From Candidatus Poseidoniaceae archaeon (lineage in GTDB: Archaea; Thermoplasmatota; Poseidoniia; Poseidoniales; Poseidoniaceae): a stretch of 64,000 bases of DNA. Positions within the stretch are counted from its first letter, which is position 1; every line of letters begins with the position of its first letter. The position numbers were made by a program, and so were the translations under genes. The stretch spans positions 3,632-67,631 of the forward strand of contig CAXPMI010000009.1 in the NCBI GenBank assembly GCA_964218365.1. Direction: 5' to 3'. The notes under the pieces were generated by a model. The model ran no database searches. It had not been told where the DNA came from and was given only the letters and a program-made list of their open reading frames with translations. Positions 43,693 to 51,211 of this stretch are shown here, in pieces.

Positions 43693-46410
43693 TCATTCCT
43701 GAATCCATTCTTCATCCTTTGGTGATAGAACAAAGTGTACTGCAATCAAGGATATACCTAAGATGTATAACAGCGGTGCAACGTAGTCGAATGGAGTGTC
43801 GAAGTTAGTCCACCATGTCATGTACTCCTGGTTGTGAACTATTGCATCTTCCATCTCCTCAGCATCGTCATCTTCGATTTCAGAAGCGCTAACGATTTGG
43901 AATACAGGCTGCAAGTCTTCCATGGTAGGAGTAGTTGCAAGGTCGATTCCAGTTCTTGTATCCAAGTAGAATGTCGATGTTGAAGATCCTGCGATAATCA
44001 GTCCCGAAACATCCTCTGACATCAGAGAGATTTCGCTTCCGAAGTAGACAGGAAGTGCAGGAGTTGTGGCATCAAGTAGCGTGAAACTCTTGACCAACTT
44101 AGCAGTTATTGGATTAGTTGTAGGGTCTACAGACGCTGAACAATCATCGACTAGTATTCCTTTTACATCATCCTTGCCATCGCAAACAACTTCAGCGATT
44201 GCATAACCGCCTGCGTTTACCATGTCTCCTTCACCGGTAAGGAATCCACCGGTTGTGCCGTTTAGAGTTTCAACTGTAACGAGTCCGAAGGTAGCATTCA
44301 TCATGTCCATATTTCGCCAAGACAACTCGTTTGAACCATCTTCTGAGACAGCTTCACCCTTCTCACAATCTGGGTTGTGGCCTGTGCACATTACGTAAAC
44401 ACTAGCGTTTCCGGTAGAGATTCCGCCAGAGCCATAGTATGTTTCATTGGTCTCAAGTTTTGACCATCCTAATTCTGGGTTAGAAACATCTCCTGCAGCG
44501 AAAGCGCTTACAGGATCTCTCCAACCATAGAGCCAGTTGTTCAATGGCATGGTCATGTATTGTCCACTGCTTCCAAATGTTCCAATTAGGAACTCAGGGA
44601 CGAAGTCACCGTAAATCGCTTCCATCATTAGTGCACGCATTGCTGCTGCAGCGTTTTCATCAACACCGTAAATCATTGCAACAGTGGAAGTGTTCCACTC
44701 CATTGCAGGTCCGGGTGCCATTGTTGCCAAGTTAAGAGGAGGGGTCATACCTGTAAGTTCACCGTACAGGAATAGGGTGGCGCCAGTCGAACCAGTCAAA
44801 CCTAGTGGTCCGTATAGGATATTTCCAGATTGTTCTGCAGTAAGGTCAACCGCGGGTGAACCGGGAGCGAATACTGCAGACCATGCTCCGCCCATGTTGA
44901 GGCTGTTTGCTAGGTATCCTCCGTTAACAGGGTCTTCTGCACCAAATGAGACGTTGACGAATTGCTCCGCTGTCATTGTTCCAGAGCTGCCTAGAAGGGC
45001 CATGTTTAGAGAGGATGTGCTTGTCATCCATCCGCCAGCCCAGGTTGCAATTGCGCCGTACTGGGAGGCGTCAAGGCTGTAAGTTGCCATTGCTGTTGCT
45101 GCATCCATTGATGCGAATGCTGCAAGTCCGAATGCAGTACTATCTGCATTTGTTGCTAGCAATCCTGTTGGCATGTCAGTGTTTGCTCCACCAAATAGTA
45201 GTCCTGTAGCAACTGCGTTATCGATGTCAACGCCTAATAGGTTCATCAAGCGAGTTGATGCATTGACGTTTCCATCGATGTACCATGTGTCATCGCCGCC
45301 GCCGTGAAGTTCAGCGAATTGGCCAGCGACTCCAAAACATAGAGCCCAGTCTCTAGCGATTGTTGCATTGATGTCTGGAGTAGTTTCATCCATCATTGCT
45401 GTGAATCCCCAAACGGATGCTCGTTGCATTGTTCCAACGTTTGCAAATCCATTTGCTGCATCTGCCATTACTTCATCGTAAGTTGCTGTAGGGAATGCAT
45501 CACAGTGGCCTGCTAGTAGTAGGACACCCTGCATTGATGTTAGGGATGCATCATCTCCTGTAATCCATGTAGCGGATTCGAATGCATATGTCAGGTTGCC
45601 AATCGATGCGTTTCCAGTGAAGGTGATTCCGGATGGATCTCCTCCTGCTAGAGCCATTTGTTGTCCTTGGATTGCTTGGGTGTAGGTAACCATTACACCG
45701 GCGGAATCATTGTTCATCATCGAACCGTTGATAGAAGCGAAGTACATGTCGAACTGGTCGTACATTCCAACTCCGATCATCATTGAAGCAGTTGCTGCAT
45801 CAACAGCAACACCGTCAGTCATCGCACCTGCTTGTATAGCCTGGTACTGCATGTCCAGGTCTTCAGCAGTCTTCTTTGCTGCAGAGAAGGATTCTAGCTC
45901 GATGCCCATTACACCTGCAGCGAACCCAACCTTGGTTAGGTCCATGATTCCGCTAATTGCAGTTCCAGTTGCTCCAACTACTTGCGGTTGGAATGGAATG
46001 TTAAGTTGTGTAATCTCAGTGTTACAGTCATTTTCTGTGTCTTCAGCACAGGTAAATACCTTGGATTCGGTGTAAGTCAAAGTACCAGCGTCCTTGTCAA
46101 AATCAACGATTTCACGAGTGTAAGTAATGTCATAATTGAACGGACCGAGTTTCTCGTATACGGCCGCTTCTCCAGCCATCACTTCATCAACGTTGGTAAG
46201 GTTCCATGCGTAGTATGTTCTTTCTGACGTTGATGTTGCCCAGTCTTCCTCAGCTTCAGTACAGTCTGCATTTGCACATGCAGAGTCGTAAGGATAAGTT
46301 TCGAACTCCTCCTCGACTGCTACTTCTACCATGCTTGTTGCAATTGGTGATAGTAGTACCAAGTTCAACAATACCATGACTGCTCCGGCTATTAATTTCT
46401 GATTACCCAT
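43693..46410 (-). CDS. CD36/LIMP-2/SR-B-family-like membrane protein (N- and C-terminal TM, ~850-aa ectodomain with large Ala/Gly/Met-rich insertion)
   Basis: The N-terminal TM 'MGNQKLIAGAVMVLLNLVLL' resembles CD36 'CGLIAGAVIGAVLAV'. 'YYAWNLTNVDEVMAGEAAVYEKLGPFNYDITYTREIVDFDKDAGTLTYTESKVF' resembles CD36 'FWIFDVQNPQEVM....VKQRGPYTYRVRF...NVTQDAEDNTVSF'. 'LNNWLYGWRDPV' resembles 'RELLWGYRDPF'. 'PVYFGSEISLMSEDVSGL...TFYLDTRTGIDL' resembles '[23 protein letters not shown]...TYLDIEPITGFTL'. The C-terminal TM is 'VAPLLYILGISLIAVHFVL'. Confidence 0.6.
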   Translation of the reverse strand: MGNQKLIAGAVMVLLNLVLLSPIATSMVEVAVEEEFETYPYDSACANADCTEAEEDWATSTSERTYYAWNLTNVDEVMAGEAAVYEKLGPFNYDITYTREIVDFDKDAGTLTYTESKVFTCAEDTENDCNTEITQLNIPFQPQVVGATGTAISGIMDLTKVGFAAGVMGIELESFSAAKKTAEDLDMQYQAIQAGAMTDGVAVDAATASMMIGVGMYDQFDMYFASINGSMMNNDSAGVMVTYTQAIQGQQMALAGGDPSGITFTGNASIGNLTYAFESATWITGDDASLTSMQGVLLLAGHCDAFPTATYDEVMADAANGFANVGTMQRASVWGFTAMMDETTPDINATIARDWALCFGVAGQFAELHGGGDDTWYIDGNVNASTRLMNLLGVDIDNAVATGLLFGGANTDMPTGLLATNADSTAFGLAAFASMDAATAMATYSLDASQYGAIATWAGGWMTSTSSLNMALLGSSGTMTAEQFVNVSFGAEDPVNGGYLANSLNMGGAWSAVFAPGSPAVDLTAEQSGNILYGPLGLTGSTGATLFLYGELTGMTPPLNLATMAPGPAMEWNTSTVAMIYGVDENAAAAMRALMMEAIYGDFVPEFLIGTFGSSGQYMTMPLNNWLYGWRDPVSAFAAGDVSNPELGWSKLETNETYYGSGGISTGNASVYVMCTGHNPDCEKGEAVSEDGSNELSWRNMDMMNATFGLVTVETLNGTTGGFLTGEGDMVNAGGYAIAEVVCDGKDDVKGILVDDCSASVDPTTNPITAKLVKSFTLLDATTPALPVYFGSEISLMSEDVSGLIIAGSSTSTFYLDTRTGIDLATTPTMEDLQPVFQIVSASEIEDDDAEEMEDAIVHNQEYMTWWTNFDTPFDYVAPLLYILGISLIAVHFVLSPKDEEWIQE

Positions 46411-46594
46411 AGGTGTTCCCCAAGTAACTTGGGTGTACCTTTACTACTTAATGTAAAGGGCGGATTTTTTGCCGACTTAGGCCAATTTTCGCTTCTAATC
46501 CTGGTGCCAAAACAATCACTGAATCAGATTTTCAGATGGTACTAATTCTGCGCTCTTAGTGTAAAATTCGGATTATCTGGATGGGGAAAAAGGA

Positions 46595-46670
46595 TGGTGG
46601 ACGCTGTGGGATTTGAACCCACGGCCGCTTGGTTGCAAACCAAGCGCTCTTCCAGCTGAGCTAAGCGCCC
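46595..46670 (-). tRNA. tRNA-Ala (anticodon UGC), G3:U70, 3' CCA encoded
   Basis: The reverse complement is GGGCGCTTAGCTCAGCTGGAAGAGCGCTTGGTTTGCAACCAAG..GTGGGTTCAAATCCCACAGCGTCCACCA. The anticodon stem-loop is CTTGG-TTTGCAA-CCAAG. The G3:U70 alanine identity pair is present. Confidence 0.9.
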
Positions 46671-46707
46671 CTGTATCCGACCGGGTAGGCTTCTCCCTTT
46701 TGAGGAT

Positions 46708-47994
46708 TCACACGCGGTCAACTGTAGCATCACGGTCTGGGCCTAGTCCAACAGAAGAGATTGGAACACCTAAAATCGATTCTAATTTTTTGATGTAATT
46801 CTGGGCAGCTGCAGGCAATCCAGTGAATCCGATTCCTTCTGAATTGCACTTTCTTGCGATTCCTAGCCACTCTTCTAGGGAATGCGATGGGAAACCAGGA
46901 ACGGTGACGTAGACTGGTTCACAATTTTCTAGGGCAATAGCGCTTGCAGGCATCTCATTGACTTCCGTATCTCCCATTTTGTATCCAACACAGATGTTGA
47001 TCTCATCCAAACCGCCAAGAACGTCCAATTTTGTTAACGCTATCTCAGTGAATCCATTGACTCTGGTGGAATGTCTCATGACAACTGCATCAAACCAGCC
47101 ACACCTGCGCCTTCTGCCGGTTGTGGTTCCGAATTCGTGTCCCACACTGGTAAGGTGCTCTCCGACTTCATCATAGAGTTCAGTGGGCATGTGTCCGTTC
47201 CCCACACGTGTGATGTACGCTTTCGTAATACCAATCACGTTGTCTACGTGACCAGGATGAATTCCAGCACCGTGAGTTGCGTTTCCTCTTGATGTTACGG
47301 AGGATGTCACGAATGGGAATGTTCCTTGGTCGATATCGAGTAGGCAGCCTTGTGCACCTTCTAGTATGATTCTCTCACCCATTTTTAGGGCATTGTCTAG
47401 AAGGATTCCAGTATCTGTAATGGCATTGCCAAATCTTTCCTTTATCCAAGTGATTTGCTCTTCTAATTCATTAGCAGTGACTCTCTGTCTGCATCCGGCA
47501 TTCTCTAGCGCCTTATTTTGCCGCTCAGCCATCTCATTGAAATCACAATAAGGCAGGTCTGCGAACCGCAGCCCAATTCGGTTGATCTTGTCCGCATAGG
47601 TAGGACCAATCCCACGACCTGTGGTTCCAATTTTCTTGTCTAGGCCATCGATGTAGGTGTGATATGGAAGTATTATGTGTGCACGGCTTGAAATAAAGAG
47701 TCTCTTTCCTGAGGGGTCTGTTCCTCCTCCTTCAACCCAATCGTTCAATTCCTTGTCTAATACCCACGGGTCGATTACCATTCCATCCCCTAGGATTAAT
47801 CCACACTCTTCACGTGTAATTCCAGATGGCAGCAAATGGAATTTGAGCACCCTGTCGCCAAGAACTACAGTGTGGCCTGCGTTATTTCCTCCTTGGAATC
47901 TCGCCACCCAGGTGGCACTTTCAGCCAATCGATCGACTAGTTTCCCTTTACCTTCGTCTCCCCATTGGGCACCGAGTACAACTGTGGCTGGCAT
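46708..47994 (-). CDS. purA: Adenylosuccinate synthetase
   Basis: Motifs seen are 'VVLGAQWGDEGKGKLVD', 'GGNNAGHTV', 'GTTGRGIGPTYADK' and 'TTGRRRRCGWFD'. Confidence 0.92.
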   Translation of the reverse strand: MPATVVLGAQWGDEGKGKLVDRLAESATWVARFQGGNNAGHTVVLGDRVLKFHLLPSGITREECGLILGDGMVIDPWVLDKELNDWVEGGGTDPSGKRLFISSRAHIILPYHTYIDGLDKKIGTTGRGIGPTYADKINRIGLRFADLPYCDFNEMAERQNKALENAGCRQRVTANELEEQITWIKERFGNAITDTGILLDNALKMGERIILEGAQGCLLDIDQGTFPFVTSSVTSRGNATHGAGIHPGHVDNVIGITKAYITRVGNGHMPTELYDEVGEHLTSVGHEFGTTTGRRRRCGWFDAVVMRHSTRVNGFTEIALTKLDVLGGLDEINICVGYKMGDTEVNEMPASAIALENCEPVYVTVPGFPSHSLEEWLGIARKCNSEGIGFTGLPAAAQNYIKKLESILGVPISSVGLGPDRDATVDRV

Positions 47995-48239
47995 GCTGCT
48001 CAGGTTCCCGGCATAGCATGTAGTGCATGAACTATGCGCCTGTAAAATCTGACGGAAAAATTGAAACTGAACTATTCTAATGTATGATTTGGGAGGTTTA
48101 TGGCAAGAAAATCCGGGTGTGGTTTTTCACAAAATCCATGTGTTTAAATAGGTCGGGTGCACATAACTACTGTTGGCCCGGGAAAATATTGCAATATAGT
48201 GTAGTCAGTCGGATAATCGGCGGGTTACCCTGCAATATG

Positions 48240-48246
48240 TTTATAT
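48240..48246 (+). promoter_or_regulatory. Candidate TATA box for tfb
   Basis: TTTATAT lies 38 nt upstream of ATG 48284. A second, more canonical TTTAAATA at 48142-48149 would imply a leader of about 110 nt. Confidence 0.3.
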
Positions 48247-48283
48247 CCTAGTGCCCTCACTAAACAACTCGGAGTTGAGAAGT

Positions 48284-49303
48284 ATGGCGTATGATGACGA
48301 AGCATGGACAGAAGCACGAACAAAAAACAATGCACAGAGAGACAATGTTGCCCGTAAGGGATTGGGCTCAACAAGGCCGCAGCGAAGAGTTGTCGACGGA
48401 CATACCAAGCCTTGCATAGAGTGTGGAGTTCTGGACTGGTCTGTGGATAACAGTAGAGGCGAGATTTCTTGCGGTGGTTGCGGATTAGTGGTAGAAGAAA
48501 ATGTCATTGACCCTGGTATCGACTGGACTAACCACGACAATACTACCGACCGTTCTAGAATTGGCGCTCCAGTAACTCATACTCTCGCAGACAAAGGATT
48601 GAACACGAGTATCGCGAGTTCAGATTTGACTTCTGGAGCTGCAAGCCGCCACGGTATGTCTGCCAAAGCACGCCGTGATTGGAGACGCCGCAGGGTCATG
48701 GACGAGCGTTCCAAAACTCGTGCAAGCCGTGCTCGTAATCTAGTTAAGGCGAATCAAATGGTTAGAGACAAATCTGGACTTCCTAAATCCATGCAGGAAG
48801 AAGTATGCAGATTGTACAGGATTCTGTCCCATCAGGGATTCGTTACTGGTCGCTCAATCGCAGGAGTTACTGCTGCTTGTACATACTTGGTGGCTAGGAA
48901 AGAAGGCGTACCTCGACAAATTGCAGAGATTTGTGAAACATTCCAAGTCGATGAAAAAGAACTGTCTAGGATGATTCGACATATTTCAAGAAAGTTCAAC
49001 ATGCACAAGATTTCCTGTCCATCTGACTACTTTGGCAGATTCATTAGTGACCTCAAGCTTCCACCAAAGACTTCATTGGAAGTTGACGCTTTGTGGGAAG
49101 CTATGAAGCCCCACGTTGATATTTGGCAGGGTAAGAAACCGATGGGTGTTGCTGCAGCAATTATCTACAAGGCGGCTACAAAAGCCGGGCACAAGAGAAC
49201 TCAAGCAGATATATGCAAGGTTGCTAACGTTTCAGAAGTCACACTGCGTCAAATCAATCGTGCGATTGACAATCTGTTATCTATGTTAGATAGCAACATC
49301 TGA
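48284..49303 (+). CDS. tfb: Transcription initiation factor IIB (TFB)
   Basis: The Zn ribbon is 'CIECGVLDWSVDNSRGEISCGGCGLVVEE'. The B-linker and two cyclin-fold repeats are present ('GRSIAGVTAACTYLVARKEGVPR', 'GKKPMGVAAAIIYKAATKAGHKRTQADI'). ATG 48284 follows GGAG at 48271. Confidence 0.9.
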   Translation: MAYDDEAWTEARTKNNAQRDNVARKGLGSTRPQRRVVDGHTKPCIECGVLDWSVDNSRGEISCGGCGLVVEENVIDPGIDWTNHDNTTDRSRIGAPVTHTLADKGLNTSIASSDLTSGAASRHGMSAKARRDWRRRRVMDERSKTRASRARNLVKANQMVRDKSGLPKSMQEEVCRLYRILSHQGFVTGRSIAGVTAACTYLVARKEGVPRQIAEICETFQVDEKELSRMIRHISRKFNMHKISCPSDYFGRFISDLKLPPKTSLEVDALWEAMKPHVDIWQGKKPMGVAAAIIYKAATKAGHKRTQADICKVANVSEVTLRQINRAIDNLLSMLDSNI

Positions 49304-49331
49304 ATTGAAGATATATTCATTTGATTGATGA

Positions 49332-49637
49332 ATGCAGGGTATAGACATGAGCCGTGACACTAACCGCGTACAACGCAAGGTAAGGATTCCTTCCAGTAAG
49401 GGTAAGAAGTCTGGAACAAAGAAAGAGAAGAAACCCGGAGAAATCCCTTGTGGCATTTCGAGTTGCGATGGTCATGCAGACAAGCACCTTGGCGGAAGAT
49501 CTCTCAGTCAGGAAAACGCTATTGATACCTGGGGAGAAGGCGGATTCAATGTCCGAAAGAACAGAGTCAGAGTCTGTAAGTCCTGTTACAAGGCGTGGAA
49601 GAAAGACAACAAAGATGAGTCAAACTCACATTACTGA
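49332..49637 (+). CDS. Small basic Cys-containing (putative zinc-binding) protein
   Basis: The ORF is 101 aa and Lys/Arg-rich. It has 'CGISSCDGHADKH' and 'CKSCYKAWKK', which together could form a 4-ligand Zn site. It starts 28 nt after tfb. Confidence 0.4.
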   Translation: MQGIDMSRDTNRVQRKVRIPSSKGKKSGTKKEKKPGEIPCGISSCDGHADKHLGGRSLSQENAIDTWGEGGFNVRKNRVRVCKSCYKAWKKDNKDESNSHY

Positions 49638-49705
49638 TTCACTTTCACTTTCACTTCCTGTGTGTACAGAATGAATGTACACCCCCGGCTATCAATTCGG
49701 ATGTC

Positions 49706-50203
49706 ATGAGACAAATGAGAACCGTAATACGCTCGATGCTGACCTCTGATGGGGTAGTTGTCGCTATGGATGATGCCGCAATAGTTTGGAAGCCTCGAGA
49801 TGGTAAGCAAAAAAGAGTGAGATTAGAAGCACGAGCTAGCGTACTTCTTGGATTGATAGGCCCACTGGGAGTTGTCGAAAAAATTGTAGTTGGCGATGTA
49901 TATGGCGGGATAAATTTCATTTCATTGTCCACAATGGAACTTGTTGACAGATACGTGGTTGGTACTTCCAAGGTGAGATCACTTTGTGCTTCATCAATCA
50001 GCGGTGAAAGCATCTTGGTGGGGTGTGAAAACGGTGGTGTTTTCCTGGTTGGAAGTAACGTGCCAAACAGAGTTCTGAATTTGTTTGATTTAGATGGCCC
50101 TGCATCAGCATTGAAAATCATAGGCCAAGACCTACACATACAACAAGGATGGGAAAAGAAAATTGTTGCTTGGGATGGTCAAAAATCACTTCTCGTCGCC
50201 TAA
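49706..50203 (+). CDS. Hypothetical protein (165 aa, beta-rich)
   Basis: I prefer it over the antisense ORF 49651..50139, which has shadow-like S/T/P-rich composition. No motif was recognised. Confidence 0.4.
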   Translation: MRQMRTVIRSMLTSDGVVVAMDDAAIVWKPRDGKQKRVRLEARASVLLGLIGPLGVVEKIVVGDVYGGINFISLSTMELVDRYVVGTSKVRSLCASSISGESILVGCENGGVFLVGSNVPNRVLNLFDLDGPASALKIIGQDLHIQQGWEKKIVAWDGQKSLLVA

Positions 50204-50974
50204 AATTTCTTTCTCAATAAGAGGCCAAGGTGGCTCTGAAGTAAGGAAATATGCAGTTCTTGCAGGTCTAGGCCAACTCCTAGGTGCGTTCCCGTCGTTA
50301 TCCAAGCACTCTTCGTAGAATGTTAGGTGTTGATTTAGGACCTCGGAAATTCTGTCGTAACCCTTGATTGTGGGCCCCCTCGCAGGAACTAGACTCCTAG
50401 GGGATAAGTCGATTATTGTCTCAAGTGAAGATACTAAATCCGGCAAACTTCCACCCGGCATGTCCCATCTTGACGGGCTATCTGCCCGAGGTAAAACTGG
50501 TCCTGCAACCAATACTCCACGTTCTTTCTCGAAGTAACCCATGCCATCAGTGCAATGTCCTGGAAGTGAAATTGCAACAATTTCACCATCGCCTAAATCA
50601 AATGAGTCGCCTTGAGATACAGGCTCACATTCGGTACTTGGCATATCAGAATCGTATCTATTTGCCCATGTTGAGTAAAAATCACCGGTTTCCAAAACCG
50701 AAATTGCGTCTTGATGTATGTGTATTGGCACATTTCCATTTTCTTCAGAGATATGCTTGGCACCTCCCGCAAATGGATATCTGCGGCAAGTTAGAAGGAT
50801 TCTATCTAGGCTCTGATTGGTTTCTTCAGATTTATTCAGATGTCCTGAAATTCTCTCTACTTGCAACATCTGATACCACGTAGTACCCGCATCAACGAGT
50901 ATGTTGGAATCACTACCGGAAAACACTACGCAATTCGCGTCGTGATGGATTCCAGGTAGTCTGATGATTCTCAT
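50186..50974 (-). CDS. MBL-fold metallo-hydrolase
   Basis: The N-terminus 'NCVVFSGSDSNILVDAGT' is typical of the MBL fold. His-rich segments 'PIHIHQDAI' and 'LPGHCTDG' are present. Confidence 0.6.
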   Translation of the reverse strand: MRIIRLPGIHHDANCVVFSGSDSNILVDAGTTWYQMLQVERISGHLNKSEETNQSLDRILLTCRRYPFAGGAKHISEENGNVPIHIHQDAISVLETGDFYSTWANRYDSDMPSTECEPVSQGDSFDLGDGEIVAISLPGHCTDGMGYFEKERGVLVAGPVLPRADSPSRWDMPGGSLPDLVSSLETIIDLSPRSLVPARGPTIKGYDRISEVLNQHLTFYEECLDNDGNAPRSWPRPARTAYFLTSEPPWPLIEKEILGDEK

Positions 50975-51033
50975 CAGACAGTCCGAAGCGTACTCAGTGC
51001 TTCAAACAGTGGGTAATTTTTACACGGTTTGGG

Positions 51034-51040
51034 TTAAATA
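51034..51040 (+). promoter_or_regulatory. Candidate TATA box for rpl40e (leaderless or near-leaderless transcript)
   Basis: TTAAATA ends 21 nt upstream of ATG 51062. Confidence 0.35.
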
Positions 51041-51061
51041 GAGGGAGTGGGTCGGCGGAAT

Positions 51062-51211
51062 ATGGCTCGATTCCCTGAAGCTGAAGCACGTTTGCTTCAT
51101 GTCAAGATTTGCATGAAGTGTAATGCTCGTAATGCAAAGCGTGCAACATCTTGCCGTAAGTGCAGTTACAAGGGCCTACGTCCAAAGAACGTAGAGAGAA
51201 AGGGTGCATGA
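51062..51211 (+). CDS. rpl40e: 50S ribosomal protein L40e
   Basis: The ORF is 49 aa and is absent from the ORF track because it is under 60 aa. The sequence is '[49 protein letters not shown]'. It has the characteristic L40e N-terminus and CxxC..CxxC zinc ribbon. Confidence 0.88.
   Translation: MARFPEAEARLLHVKICMKCNARNAKRATSCRKCSYKGLRPKNVERKGA

Noticed and set aside
46542-46798. ORFs 46542-46733 (-) and 46613-46798 (+)
   Set aside because: Both overlap the well-folded tRNA-Ala(UGC) gene and the purA 3' end. They are artefacts of the six-frame scan.
49651-50139. A 162-aa minus-strand ORF overlapping the plus-strand ORF 49706-50203
   Set aside because: Its S/T/P-rich, low-information composition is typical of an antisense frame. 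The plus-strand frame has balanced, beta-rich composition. Neither has a recognisable motif, so the choice is only moderately confident.
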